Shown here piece by piece: positions 39,547 through 49,851 of a stretch of DNA of 64,000 nt. Source of the stretch: an uncultured Acetobacteraceae bacterium (GTDB lineage Bacteria > Pseudomonadota > Alphaproteobacteria > Acetobacterales > Acetobacteraceae); the NCBI GenBank assembly GCA_964252545.1, contig CAXUNX010000001.1, positions 18,552 through 82,551 on the forward strand, read 5' to 3'. The notes beneath the pieces are model-generated. The model did no database searches and was not told the origin of the DNA. It saw only the letters and a list, made by a program, of their open reading frames with translations. Positions within the stretch are counted from its first letter, which is position 1. Each line of letters starts with the position of its first letter. The position numbers were made by a program, and so were the translations under genes.

Positions 39547-42384
39547 ATGGGGACGTCTAGACTGACCCTTTCCAGGGATGTGCTGTTAGGCACCACCGTC
39601 ATCATCGCCGGGTTGTCAGCCACCGCCTGGGCGCAGGCCTCCTCCGCCATCCCTTCAAGCACCAGTGCAGCAACGCCGGCGCCCCAGACCCCCTCCGGGA
39701 CTGAGGTTGCGCAGAACGCGTCGCCAACCCAGACGCCGAGATCCGGCTCGCCGAACGCAAGGAACGTCTCGAACTTCCTGCCCAACACCGACGAGAACAT
39801 TGTCGTACGGGCGCAGCGAAGGCTGCTCAAGGAGAGGGACTCGCCAAGTGCGGTGACCGAGCTCGGAGCGGCGCAGGTTGCGCAGACCGGCGTGCAGGGC
39901 AGCGTCGCCACGCTGCTGCGCGCCGCCCCGTCGGTCTATGTGTACCAGCAGGGCATCGGCAACAACGAGCCGGTGCTGTCGATCCGCGGCACGCGCGGAC
40001 TGGAGACGGCGCAGACCCTGGACGACGTGCCGATGCAGGATCTCCTGAACGGGGGCGCCGGCGGCTATCTGCAGAACATCATCGGCGGCCGCTTCAACCT
40101 CGATCAGATCAGCGGCGTGTCGATCTATCCGGGCGTCGCCTACCCCGACAAGAACACGTTCGGGACCATCGGCGGCACCATCGCCTACAACACGCTGCGG
40201 CCCACCAACGAGAGGTCTTTCGACGTCACCGGCTCGATCGGCTCGTTCGGCACCTATAACGAAGGCTTCGAGGCAAACTCCGGACGATTAGACGGCTTTC
40301 TCGGCACCGGCAACGACGCGCCCAAGTTCCTGCTGAAATACTCCAACCTGCAAACCAACGGTTTCGTCGACTATACTCCGGCACGCTACAACAACATGCT
40401 GTTCGCCTTTGACAAGCCCTATGATCAAGGATTGTCGAAGTTCCAGGCCAGCGTGCTGTACAATACTGCTAATGGCTTGACCACTCCGGAGCCGCTTGCG
40501 ATCCCGTACTTGCAGCAGAACGGCATGTACAGCAACTTCTCGCCCGACCAGGAATTCTCCAGGGAGCAGAACGATTACCTTACCATCATCCTAAGGGACG
40601 ACACCTACATCAACGATTACCTGAACGCTGGTCTGTCCTTGTTCTACCTGAACTCGGACTCGACCACCACCAACTTCGGCAACCCGAGCATCTATGCGGC
40701 GCCGGGCATTCCGGGCTCGGTGACGGTTGGCGGCGCCGCCCCGTTCAACCAGACTCCGGCCGGCTTCGGCCAGCAGGGCGATTACGGCCCAGGCAACATC
40801 TATTACCAGCCACCGACCTACACGTATAACGGCACCGCCGCCTATCCTCCCGGCACGGAGGCCTGCCCTGCCAGCGTCGCCGCCGCCTGGGCCAAGATCG
40901 GTCAGGTGAGTCCCTGCGGCTATAATGCCTACGTGAACCCGATCCATAACGACAGCTACGGCATCCAGCCGCGTATGACGGTCACGCTGCCCGAGTATTT
41001 CGGCATCGCCAACACGATCAAGCTGGGCGGCCTGGCGGCCAAGGAAACCCAGCCGAACCCGCCCTTCTATTTCGGCGGCACCTCGACCCCGCCGCAGACC
41101 GCATCCAACCTGTCGATCTACTCGAGCGGCGACGCGGCCGACGGCGGCGTGCAGCGAACGATCTACCTGGGCTACCTGCAGGACAAGATCGACCTGCTGC
41201 AGAACACGCTGCATCTGACGCCCGGGGGCACCCTCGAAGGGACCGACTCCAGCTATGTCGGCGCCAACGTGTTTGGCGGCAAGCCCTCGGCCGCCGCGCT
41301 CGCGAGCCCCTACTGCCAGGCCGGCAACCCGTGCAACTTCGGCAGCTTCAAACAAACCAAGTGGGATCGCGACCTGCTGCCGTTCTTCAATGTCAGCTAC
41401 GACCTCGACCGGGTGCTTCCGGCCGCGCGCGGGGTCTCGCTCTATGCCAGCTACGGCGAGTCCGCCTTGTTCGCGCCGGTGACGGACTTCTCGCCGAACC
41501 TGCTCGGCTCGCCTCCCAGCGCCTCGATCGTCCACATGTATGAAGCCGGAGTGAAGTACAACGTTTCCAACCTGGTGCTCTCGGCGGACTACTACTACCA
41601 GAAGGTCGATCGCGATTTCGGTTTCTTCACCTACCAATCCGGCCCGCTGACCGGCGACTCGCTCTACACCAACGACGGCCAGCGCGAGTTCAAGGGCGTC
41701 GAGGCAGCCGCCACCTGGCAGATCAACCGTCGATGGCAGCTGTTCGGCAACGTCTCGCACGTCCTTGCCAAATATCTCGCAACCGGTCTCGCAAGCGTCA
41801 CCGTGCAAGAAGACCAGTTCGGCTTGGTCTCGCGGGGAACTCCGATCACCGGCATTCCGGACTGGCTTTCCACCTTCGGCGTCGACTACAACCACCGCAG
41901 CCTTGCGACCACCGGCGACGAGCTGAACGTGCGTTTCGAGGGTCAATATACCGGCAAGCAGCAGACCACCTACGATCTCACCGGCTTCGAAAATCTCGGG
42001 CCGCTCCCGGGCATCAATGCGAAATACGGCAGCTACCTCTATTACAATGCGGTTGCCGGCCAGACCACATACGATCCCAACGGCGGGATAAGCCCGTTCG
42101 TGGTGTTCAACCTCGACCTCAACTACAAGCTTCCGGTCAAGCGGGTCGGTCCGTTGAAGACCGTCAGCTTCGACCTCAACGTCCTGAACCTCTTCAATAA
42201 TCAATATTTCCAATATTACTACCGGCAGATCACGCCAACCAGCTGCGGCAGATTCCCCGCCAACGACCCGCGGCCAGGTTTCGCCGGCCAGCAGATCAGC
42301 AACGAGGGCTGCTCACCGCAGTTCGCCTCCGGACTGCCGGGCGAGCCGTTCGCCATCACCTTCACCGCCACCGCGCACTTCTGA
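39547..42384 (+). CDS. TonB-dependent outer-membrane receptor
   Basis: Signal peptide, TonB-box-like ENIVVRA, plug (LSIRG, IGGTI), YEAGVKY, and C-terminal LNVLNLFN...TATAHF. Confidence 0.9.
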   Translation: MGTSRLTLSRDVLLGTTVIIAGLSATAWAQASSAIPSSTSAATPAPQTPSGTEVAQNASPTQTPRSGSPNARNVSNFLPNTDENIVVRAQRRLLKERDSPSAVTELGAAQVAQTGVQGSVATLLRAAPSVYVYQQGIGNNEPVLSIRGTRGLETAQTLDDVPMQDLLNGGAGGYLQNIIGGRFNLDQISGVSIYPGVAYPDKNTFGTIGGTIAYNTLRPTNERSFDVTGSIGSFGTYNEGFEANSGRLDGFLGTGNDAPKFLLKYSNLQTNGFVDYTPARYNNMLFAFDKPYDQGLSKFQASVLYNTANGLTTPEPLAIPYLQQNGMYSNFSPDQEFSREQNDYLTIILRDDTYINDYLNAGLSLFYLNSDSTTTNFGNPSIYAAPGIPGSVTVGGAAPFNQTPAGFGQQGDYGPGNIYYQPPTYTYNGTAAYPPGTEACPASVAAAWAKIGQVSPCGYNAYVNPIHNDSYGIQPRMTVTLPEYFGIANTIKLGGLAAKETQPNPPFYFGGTSTPPQTASNLSIYSSGDAADGGVQRTIYLGYLQDKIDLLQNTLHLTPGGTLEGTDSSYVGANVFGGKPSAAALASPYCQAGNPCNFGSFKQTKWDRDLLPFFNVSYDLDRVLPAARGVSLYASYGESALFAPVTDFSPNLLGSPPSASIVHMYEAGVKYNVSNLVLSADYYYQKVDRDFGFFTYQSGPLTGDSLYTNDGQREFKGVEAAATWQINRRWQLFGNVSHVLAKYLATGLASVTVQEDQFGLVSRGTPITGIPDWLSTFGVDYNHRSLATTGDELNVRFEGQYTGKQQTTYDLTGFENLGPLPGINAKYGSYLYYNAVAGQTTYDPNGGISPFVVFNLDLNYKLPVKRVGPLKTVSFDLNVLNLFNNQYFQYYYRQITPTSCGRFPANDPRPGFAGQQISNEGCSPQFASGLPGEPFAITFTATAHF

Positions 42385-42483
42385 AACCTGCTACGGCTGC
42401 TGCCAATGCCGGGCGATCGCATCCAAGCATCGCTCGCGTCGCGGCACGCCTGCAGGAGCGGTTTGGACAGCGCCGGCTGATCT

Positions 42484-45159
42484 TCAGCCCTCGGCGGCTT
42501 GCCCGAGGCTCCGCGACACCATCTCGAACGTGCCGCGGCTGAGACCGGGCTGGTCGCGGATCCCGCTCAGGGCGGACCGCATGGCTTCGGCCCGCGCAGC
42601 GTCGAAGCGCCGCCATGTCCCGAACGGCGACACCAGACGAGCGGCAACCTGGCTGTTGCGACCGTCGATCGTGGCGATCATTTCGGCGAGCAGCGCGTAG
42701 CCATCGCCGGAACGCATGTGGAAGGCGGCGCGATTGGCGGAGAACGAACCAAGCAAGGCGTAGACGCGGTTTGGGTTGTCGATCCTGAAGTCCGGATGGC
42801 CAAGCAGCCCGCGCACCACGGCCGGCGTGTCAGGCCGTCTCGACCCGGCCTGGATCGCGAACCACTTGCCGACCACGAGGTCGTCGTCACGGAACTGGGC
42901 ATGGAAGCGGGCCAGCGCCTCGCCACGGATCGCGTCGGATCCGTCGACGAGCACCGCGAGGGCGGCAAGCCGGTCGGTCATGTTGCGTGCGCCGTCAAAC
43001 TGCAGACGGGCCAGATCCAGCGCCTCGGGGGCGCCGGTCGCCGCGAGCAGGCCGAGGCAGGCGTTCTTGAGTGCACGCCTCCCCGCCGCAGCGGCTCCGA
43101 TGTCGGTAGCGTCTCCGGTCATCGCGCCGAGCCGGTCATGCACCCGGCGCAGCCTTTCTGCGAGCGCCGTGCCGATGGTGGCGCGCGCGTGCTCTCGCAC
43201 CGCATGGATGGCGTCGACGTCGTCGGTCGCCATCCGGCTGCCGAGCGACGCTTCTCCGGGCAGGAGCAGCGCGATCGCGGCAAATGCCGGATCGGCGTCG
43301 GCCGTTTCGAGGATGGCCTCCGCTGCCTCGATCAATCCTTCGTCGAGCGGCGGCACGCTGCCGCCGGACGCGCGCTGAGCGACGGCGTCGAGCAGGCACA
43401 GCGTCGCGTATTGCTGGCCCGCGTCCCACCGGTTGAACGGATCGGGATCGTGGGCGGCGAGCAGGCGCAGCTCGCCGGGCGCCAGGCCTCGGCTGTTGAC
43501 GGGCGCCGAGAAGCCGCGCAGGAGCGACGGCGCCGGCGGTGTCGGGACATCCTCGAACACGAACTGCTTCTCGGCCTCGTCGAGAAGCAGCACGCGGGTC
43601 TGCCCGGAGGATTTTGTCTCGCCCGCGAGGCGAAGGCCGAGCGGTGTGCCATCGGCGGCCAGCAGGCCGGTGGAGACCGGGATCACCAGCGGGGCTGCGT
43701 CGGGGCGACCCTCGATCGCCTGCCGGAGCGTCAGCGTGTAGCGGTTCGAGGCCGGATCATGCCGGCCAGACGCGCTCACCACCGGTGTGCCGGGCGTGGA
43801 GTACCAACGCCGGAAGCGTTCGAGGTCGACGCCGGACGCATCCTGCATCGCCTGCACGAAATCCTCGATGGTGACGGCCTGGTTGTCGTGCCGCGCGAAA
43901 TAGAGATCGATGCCGCGGCGGAAGGCCTCACCGCCGATCATGGTCTCGATCATCCGGACGATCTCGGCGCCTTTCCGATACACCGTGGCAGTGTAGAAGT
44001 TGTTGATCTCGATATAGCTCTCGGGGCGCACCGGATGCGACAGCGGCCCGGCATCTTCGATGAACTGTCCCGCACGGAGCACGCGGACGTCGTTGATGCG
44101 CCGGACCGCGCGGCTGTTCTGGTCGGCAGAGAACTCCTGGTCGCGGTAGACCGTGAGCCCTTCCTTCAGGGAAAGCTGGAACCAGTCGCGGCAGGTGACG
44201 CGGTTGCCGGTCCAGTTATGGAAATACTCGTGAGCGATCACCGTTTCGACGCCGTCGTAATCCGCATCGGTCGCCGTCTCGGGGCTCGCGAGCACGTAGC
44301 GCGTGTTGAAGATGTTGAGGCCCTTGTTCTCCATCGCTCCCATGTTGAAGTCGGACACGGCGACGATGTTGAAGACGTCGAGATCATATTCGAGGCCGAA
44401 CCGCTCCTCGTCCCAACGCATGCTGCTCTTCAGCGCCCGCATGGCATGGCCGCAGCGGTTCTCGTCGCCGCGACGGACGTGGATCGCGAGTGCCACGTCA
44501 CGGCCGGATCGCGTATGGAACCGGTCGGTGACCGAGACGAGGTCGCCAGCGACCAGCGCGAACAGGTAGGACGGCTTCGGATGCGGATCGATCCATCGCG
44601 CCCAGCCGAGGCCGTCCGCGATTCCGGCCCCGTCCGGGTTGCCGTTCGACAGCAGCACCGGGCAACGCGCCGGATCGGCGCGCAGCGTCACGGTGTAGCG
44701 CGCCATGATGTCGGGCCGGTCGGGAAAAAAGGTTATGCGCCGGAAGCCTTCCGCCTCGCACTGGGTGATGTAGTTGCCGCCGGACATGTAGAGGCCGGAC
44801 AGTTCCGTGTTGGTGCGCGGCGCATGTCGCACAGTGATCGCCAGCGAAAAGCTGTCCGGGACCTGCTCGATCAGCAGGGCGTCGGCAGACTGCACGTAGC
44901 GATCCGGCTCGAGCGGCACGCCATCGATCGCCACATCGACGAGTGCCAGCCGCTCGCCGTCGAGGCGGAGCGGACCGCTTCCGCCCTCGGGGTTGCGGCG
45001 CACGAGCAGACGCGATCGGACCAGGGTCGCGTCAGGATCCAGCGTCACATCCAGCGCGACATCGTCCACCAGGAAGGCCGGCCGCCGGTAGTCGGCAAGG
45101 CGGACCGTGCGGGGAGGCGAGACCGGAGGCGTCGTGACCGACATGTCGGGTGGAGTCAT
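42484..45159 (-). CDS. pepN: Aminopeptidase N (M1)
   Basis: TQCEAEGFR, KPSYLFALVAG, GAMENKGLN, HEYFHNWTGNRVTCRDWFQLSLKE, NFYTATVY. Confidence 0.96.
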   Translation of the reverse strand: MTPPDMSVTTPPVSPPRTVRLADYRRPAFLVDDVALDVTLDPDATLVRSRLLVRRNPEGGSGPLRLDGERLALVDVAIDGVPLEPDRYVQSADALLIEQVPDSFSLAITVRHAPRTNTELSGLYMSGGNYITQCEAEGFRRITFFPDRPDIMARYTVTLRADPARCPVLLSNGNPDGAGIADGLGWARWIDPHPKPSYLFALVAGDLVSVTDRFHTRSGRDVALAIHVRRGDENRCGHAMRALKSSMRWDEERFGLEYDLDVFNIVAVSDFNMGAMENKGLNIFNTRYVLASPETATDADYDGVETVIAHEYFHNWTGNRVTCRDWFQLSLKEGLTVYRDQEFSADQNSRAVRRINDVRVLRAGQFIEDAGPLSHPVRPESYIEINNFYTATVYRKGAEIVRMIETMIGGEAFRRGIDLYFARHDNQAVTIEDFVQAMQDASGVDLERFRRWYSTPGTPVVSASGRHDPASNRYTLTLRQAIEGRPDAAPLVIPVSTGLLAADGTPLGLRLAGETKSSGQTRVLLLDEAEKQFVFEDVPTPPAPSLLRGFSAPVNSRGLAPGELRLLAAHDPDPFNRWDAGQQYATLCLLDAVAQRASGGSVPPLDEGLIEAAEAILETADADPAFAAIALLLPGEASLGSRMATDDVDAIHAVREHARATIGTALAERLRRVHDRLGAMTGDATDIGAAAAGRRALKNACLGLLAATGAPEALDLARLQFDGARNMTDRLAALAVLVDGSDAIRGEALARFHAQFRDDDLVVGKWFAIQAGSRRPDTPAVVRGLLGHPDFRIDNPNRVYALLGSFSANRAAFHMRSGDGYALLAEMIATIDGRNSQVAARLVSPFGTWRRFDAARAEAMRSALSGIRDQPGLSRGTFEMVSRSLGQAAEG

Positions 45160-45395
45160 GAAAATGAGGCTCCTGAGTTCTGGCGAACGAGGCTTCGCCC
45201 GTGCCGCCATGTAGGGCACGCTTCGGCGCCGGGTGGAATACCGGGTGAGGCGTCCTGGCCGCTGCCGTGAGCACCGCCCTGCGACCGCTCGGCAGAAGGT
45301 CCAACCGGGCGATGGCTGCAGAGTCGACCCTCAGCGTGTATCATGCCCGCGGCAAGGCGGAGCAATGCCTCAGTCAGTGGCGATGGAGAACGCGC

Positions 45396-46490
45396 ATGTT
45401 CACTCCGTTCAGCGCAAAGTCCGACCTGATCACCCATTCGAGCGAGCCTTTCAATGCCGAGCCGCCGCTCGAGCGACTGCGCGCGCAATACATCACCGCC
45501 CGGTCCGAGTTCTATGTCCGCAGCCACGGCAGCATCCCGCAGCTTGATGCGGCGACCCACCGGCTGCGTGTCGCGGGTCAGGTGGCGACCCCGCTCGATC
45601 TCTCGGTCCGGGAGCTGCGCCACCGCTTGCCGGTGCGTACGGTGATGGCGGTGATGCAGTGCGCCGGCAATCGCCGCGCCGACCTGCAGACCGTGAAGCC
45701 GACCTCGGGAGATCCATGGGCGCCCGGAGCCATCGGCAATGCGCAATGGACGGGCGTCGCTCTCGCGGATCTGTTGCGCGCGGCGGGCAGCGCAACCGAG
45801 GCTGGCCTGCATGTCGCCTTCGAGGCGGCCGATGAAATCAGCATGGCCAAGGAAGGCCGCTTCCATTACGGCGCGTCGATCCCGATGGGCAAGGCGATGT
45901 CGCCCGACGTGCTGCTCGCTTTTGAAATGAACGGCGAAGTCCTGGCACCGGAGCATGGCTATCCGCTTCGGGTGGTGGTGCCCGGATTCGCCGGCGTACG
46001 CAGCCCGAAATGGCTGTTATCCGTCACCGTCCAGGATACGCCCTCCGACAACCACATGCAGCAGCGCGACTACAAGCTCCTGCCGCCCGATACGACCGAG
46101 GAAACCGTCGACTGGGAAAAGGGCGTGACCATCAACGACATGCCGCTCAATTCGGCGATCTGCGAACCGGCCCCGTTCGCCGTGGTGAAGGCCGGCCGCA
46201 CCATCGTGCGCGGCTATGCGATCGCCACGGCACGCGACATCGTGCGGGTCGACGTGTCGATCAATGGCGGCCGCAACTGGAACCAGGCCGAACTCGAGCA
46301 CGACGCCGCAGCTCCCTGGAGCTGGACCTTCTGGAGCGTTTCGCTCGAGCTTCCGAAAGGCCGGCATGAACTCGCGGTGCGGGCCTGGGACTCCGCCGGT
46401 CAGACCCAGCCGGCGCTGGCCGGCGACACCTGGAACTTCAAAGGATACATGAGTGCCGCCTGGCACAGGGTGCACGTATCCGCCGAATAG
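45396..46490 (+). CDS. Sulfite oxidase-family molybdoenzyme (Moco + dimerisation domain, no haem domain)
   Basis: PFNAEPP, FYVRSHG, QCAGNRR (Mo-Cys), HGYPLRVVVPG, SPKWL, WSWTFW, RAWDSAGQTQP, WNFKG. Confidence 0.88.
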   Translation: MFTPFSAKSDLITHSSEPFNAEPPLERLRAQYITARSEFYVRSHGSIPQLDAATHRLRVAGQVATPLDLSVRELRHRLPVRTVMAVMQCAGNRRADLQTVKPTSGDPWAPGAIGNAQWTGVALADLLRAAGSATEAGLHVAFEAADEISMAKEGRFHYGASIPMGKAMSPDVLLAFEMNGEVLAPEHGYPLRVVVPGFAGVRSPKWLLSVTVQDTPSDNHMQQRDYKLLPPDTTEETVDWEKGVTINDMPLNSAICEPAPFAVVKAGRTIVRGYAIATARDIVRVDVSINGGRNWNQAELEHDAAAPWSWTFWSVSLELPKGRHELAVRAWDSAGQTQPALAGDTWNFKGYMSAAWHRVHVSAE

Positions 46491-46607
46491 GCATCAACCC
46501 GCGTCATCGCGCCGAGCCTTGGCTCGGCACCGGTACTTGTCCTGGTCCTGGCCCTGGCGGGTGCCCGTCGCCTTGATCCCGTGCAATCCGGATCGCCGTG
46601 CGACCTG

Positions 46608-47561
46608 TCAGCTGCTCGCCGCGTCGAGCGTGGTCATCGCTTGCTGATCAAGCCTGAGCGATGCGGCCCGGGCCAGTTCCGCAACCTGCTCCGGGCTGGT
46701 GGCGCTGGCAATCGGAGCAGTGATGCCGGGGCGGCCAGCGAGCCAGGCGATCGCGATCTCTGCGGGTTTTGCATCCAGCCGCGCCGCCACCTGGTCCAGC
46801 GCCGCCAGCACCTTCTGGCCGCGTGGGTCCAGGTATTTCTTCACTCCAGCACCTCGGGGGCTCTTCGCCAGATCTGCTTCCGACCGATACTTGCCGGTGA
46901 GAAAACCGGATGCGAGGGCATAATAGGGGATCACGCCGATCTCCGCGGCGCGGCATACCGCGTCGAGCTCATCCTCGTAGTCACGTCGCTCCATGAGGTT
47001 GTATTGCGGCTGCAGGGTCTCGTAGCGCGGCAGGCCAAGCTGCTCGCTGACCCGCAGCGCCTCCTGGAGGCGGGCCGCACTGTAGTTGGAGGCGCCGATC
47101 GCCCGCACCTTCCCTTGCTCGATCAGTCGGGCGAAGGCGCCGAGCGTGTCCTCGAGCGGTGTGGTTTCATCGTCGCGATGGGCTTGATACAGGTCGATAT
47201 GGTCAGTGCGCAGACGCCGGAGCGACGCTTCCACCTCCCGCGCGATCCAGCCGGGCGACAATCCTTCGTCTCCGGACCCCATCTTCATGCCGACCTTGGT
47301 GGCGATCACAACACGGTCGCGCGCCGCACGCTCGCTCAGCCAGTCGCCAATCACCGCCTCGGATTCGCCTCCTTGGTTCCCGGGAACCCACGCCGAGTAG
47401 ACATCGGCGGTATCAATCGCGTTCAGCCCCGAATCAAGGCAGGCGTCGAGCACCCGGAAGGACGTCTTCCTGTCCGCCGTCCATCCGAACACGTTGCCGC
47501 CGATCATCACCGGCGGGATCGCAACGCCGGAGCGTCCGAGCTTTCGCGTTTCCATATTCAT
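46608..47561 (-). CDS. Aldo/keto reductase (Tas-like)
   Basis: GGNVFGWT, DTADVY, IATKVG, DLYQAH, IGASN, LASGFLTGKY. Confidence 0.92.
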   Translation of the reverse strand: MNMETRKLGRSGVAIPPVMIGGNVFGWTADRKTSFRVLDACLDSGLNAIDTADVYSAWVPGNQGGESEAVIGDWLSERAARDRVVIATKVGMKMGSGDEGLSPGWIAREVEASLRRLRTDHIDLYQAHRDDETTPLEDTLGAFARLIEQGKVRAIGASNYSAARLQEALRVSEQLGLPRYETLQPQYNLMERRDYEDELDAVCRAAEIGVIPYYALASGFLTGKYRSEADLAKSPRGAGVKKYLDPRGQKVLAALDQVAARLDAKPAEIAIAWLAGRPGITAPIASATSPEQVAELARAASLRLDQQAMTTLDAASS

Positions 47562-47580
47562 ACCTCCGAACCCCAGCCAG

Positions 47581-47606
47581 AACGTCCGGCGGCGCAGATG
47601 GGTTCT
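47581..47606 (-). promoter_or_regulatory. Candidate EcfG (general stress ECF sigma) promoter for the AKR
   Basis: The minus strand reads AGAAC-N17-CGTT versus the GGAAC-N16/17-CGTT consensus, ~20 nt before the start. Confidence 0.45.
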
Positions 47607-47677
47607 TCGGCAATCGGCTGCGGATCAGCATGCACCATCGACCACGCTTCATCCGGCCGCCGTGTGGCTACGCCGTC

Positions 47678-48073
47678 TCAGCTCAGCCGCATGGTCTGGT
47701 CCGACATGTTGAGCCGAATGCTCAAGGAGCCCTCGTTCACCAGCCAGGGCCTGATCCGGTAGGTCCTTGCGCCCGTCAGATGCATCGGATCCCGGTCTGC
47801 GATCGCCCGCGCCTCGGCAAGCGACCCCGCACGGACGATGATCATCCCTTCCCCCAGGCAGGAAACACCGTCCTCCGTGAGCAGCGGCCCTGCTGCAAAC
47901 AGGACACCCTCCCGCTCAAGCGCGACCTGGTGTGCCAGATGGTCGTCGCTGGCGGCCTGGACAGCCTCCAGGCCGTTCACCGGCTCCGTCAGGATGACGT
48001 AAAGCCGCAATGCTGGAAAACCCTTTGAGCGCGAGAACTCCTCGATCTCGGACGCCGTCATCTGCATCTGCAT
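47678..48073 (-). CDS. YciI family protein
   Basis: DHLAHQ...GVLFAAGPL...GMIIVRAGSLAEARAIADRDP. Confidence 0.85.
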   Translation of the reverse strand: MQMQMTASEIEEFSRSKGFPALRLYVILTEPVNGLEAVQAASDDHLAHQVALEREGVLFAAGPLLTEDGVSCLGEGMIIVRAGSLAEARAIADRDPMHLTGARTYRIRPWLVNEGSLSIRLNMSDQTMRLS

Positions 48074-48205
48074 GGTGGTATCCGCCCTTTCTCAAAGCGG
48101 GGCTCCTGTGATGGTTTGTTCGGTGGGCCGCGCTTGGGGGGAGCCAGGGATGGATCGCCGGAACAGCGATGCGACCTTAGTCGGCCCTCGGCGCGACTGA
48201 CCCAC

Positions 48206-49036
48206 CTACGCTGCCGCGACCTCGAAGCTTGAGATAACCGGCTGAAGCTGGCGCCTCGCCCTGGTGCCCGCCGCTCGCATCCCCTCGACCCACTCCGGCA
48301 GGGCAACATCAACGATCGCGGCCTTGAAGGCCGGCCTGGCGGTGACGCGTCCGAACCAGTCTGCCACGCGAGGCAGCCTGCTCCAGAGGCTGCTGAGCTG
48401 AAGGTTGGAGAGCCGCCAGAGATAAGGGATCACATCGATATCGGCGAGCGAATACGCATCCCCCGCCAGCCAAGGAACCTCGCTCAGCGTCCGCTCCATC
48501 TCCTGGAGGAAATCATGATAGGCCAGCAACGATTGTCGCAGCAGGTCGGAGTCGAGATCGCTCTGGTACCAGGAGCGGATCGTCTCACGATAACGAACGT
48601 CCCGTATGTTCTCGAAATAGGCGTCGAGCTTTTCCTTGCTGTTCATGCGTGAGCGGAACTGATCGCCGAAAGCGACGATGAAGCTGATCGCTGCGATATG
48701 CGGGACGTGCATTCCGTCGTCGATGCGTCGCGCCCACAACCGACGGCGTGCCCGCCAATAAGCGTCGCTCGGCATCAACCGCGCGCCGGGAAAGGCGTCG
48801 TCCAGATATTCCGTCATGATAGTGGAATGGACGATGGTGCGGCCATCGTGCACGAGTGCTGGAACCATGCCCAACGGATTGATTGCCAGATACCAGGGCT
48901 GACGCTGTTCCTGGCGCTCCAGGGAGATGTTCACGATGTTGGCTTCGATCTGCTTTTCGGCAAGGGTTATCGCGACCTTGTGGCAGCAGACAGACTCCTT
49001 GTGCTCGTAGACGGTAAGCCCGGTCGGTTTCGCCAT
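48206..49036 (-). CDS. Glutathione S-transferase family protein (paralog B)
   Basis: SVCCHKV, INPLGMVPAL, STIMTEYLDD, WLAGDAYSLADI. AGGAGG RBS. Confidence 0.88.
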   Translation of the reverse strand: MAKPTGLTVYEHKESVCCHKVAITLAEKQIEANIVNISLERQEQRQPWYLAINPLGMVPALVHDGRTIVHSTIMTEYLDDAFPGARLMPSDAYWRARRRLWARRIDDGMHVPHIAAISFIVAFGDQFRSRMNSKEKLDAYFENIRDVRYRETIRSWYQSDLDSDLLRQSLLAYHDFLQEMERTLSEVPWLAGDAYSLADIDVIPYLWRLSNLQLSSLWSRLPRVADWFGRVTARPAFKAAIVDVALPEWVEGMRAAGTRARRQLQPVISSFEVAAA

Positions 49037-49083
49037 CGATGCCTCCTGAGGATGCTGGATTATTCTCGTTTGTTGTTCGGATG

Positions 49084-49851
49084 CTACGCAAGCTCCAGCA
49101 TGCGACGAACGACCGGCCAGGCCTTTGCGCCGTTCTTGCTCATCGAATCGATCCAATCGGGCAGGGCGGACTCGATGATGGTCTCACGGAAGCTGGGGCG
49201 GGCGGCCACCCGATCGAGCCATGCCTGCACTCTCGGCAAGGTGTCCCATAGCCCGGAAAGATGAAGGTTTCTCAGGCGCCAGATATATGGAACAACGTCG
49301 ATGTCGGCGAGCGAGAACTCAGGTCCGGCGAGCCAGGAACTCTCTGCCAGGGTATGATCCATCTCTTTCAGGAACCGCTGGTAGGCATTCAGCGACGCCA
49401 GCATCTCCTTTGACTCCAGGCCCGCGAACATGAAAGGCGGCGGAGCCCCACGCGGCCCCTGCGCGGAAACTCTCTTGTCATACTGCAGAAGTTCCGTGAA
49501 CGAGATGTTGAAGCTGATGGTGGAGATGTGGGGTATGTGCATCTCGTCATCGATCCACCGCGCCCAGAGACGGCGACGCGCCCTCCAATAGGGATCTTTC
49601 GGCATCAGCGCAGGATCGGGAAACGCGTCGTCCAGATATTCGGTGATGATGGTTGATTCGGTGATCACCCGACCATTGTGCACGATGACCGGCACTTTGC
49701 CTTTCGGGTTCAAAGCCTCGAACTCGGGTGTGTGCTGCTGCCTCTGCTCGAACGATATGGTGATGGTTTCGTGCTCGATGTTCTTCTCGGCAAGAACGAT
49801 GCGCACCTTCTGGCAACAAACGGACTCGTTATGTTCGTAGACGGTCAGCAT
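49084..49851 (-). CDS. Glutathione S-transferase family protein (paralog A)
   Basis: SVCCQKVR, LNPKGKVPVI, ESTIITEYLDD, WLAGPEFSLADI. Confidence 0.88.
   Translation of the reverse strand: MLTVYEHNESVCCQKVRIVLAEKNIEHETITISFEQRQQHTPEFEALNPKGKVPVIVHNGRVITESTIITEYLDDAFPDPALMPKDPYWRARRRLWARWIDDEMHIPHISTISFNISFTELLQYDKRVSAQGPRGAPPPFMFAGLESKEMLASLNAYQRFLKEMDHTLAESSWLAGPEFSLADIDVVPYIWRLRNLHLSGLWDTLPRVQAWLDRVAARPSFRETIIESALPDWIDSMSKNGAKAWPVVRRMLELA

Noticed and set aside
42499-45270. 923-aa ORF on the + strand
   Set aside because: It is the antisense shadow of pepN in high-GC DNA and has no recognisable motifs.
45267-45395. Possible Tat signal (LGRRSN) upstream of the sulfite oxidase
   Set aside because: There is no hydrophobic h-region, and a good RBS (GGAGA) precedes the ATG at 45396.
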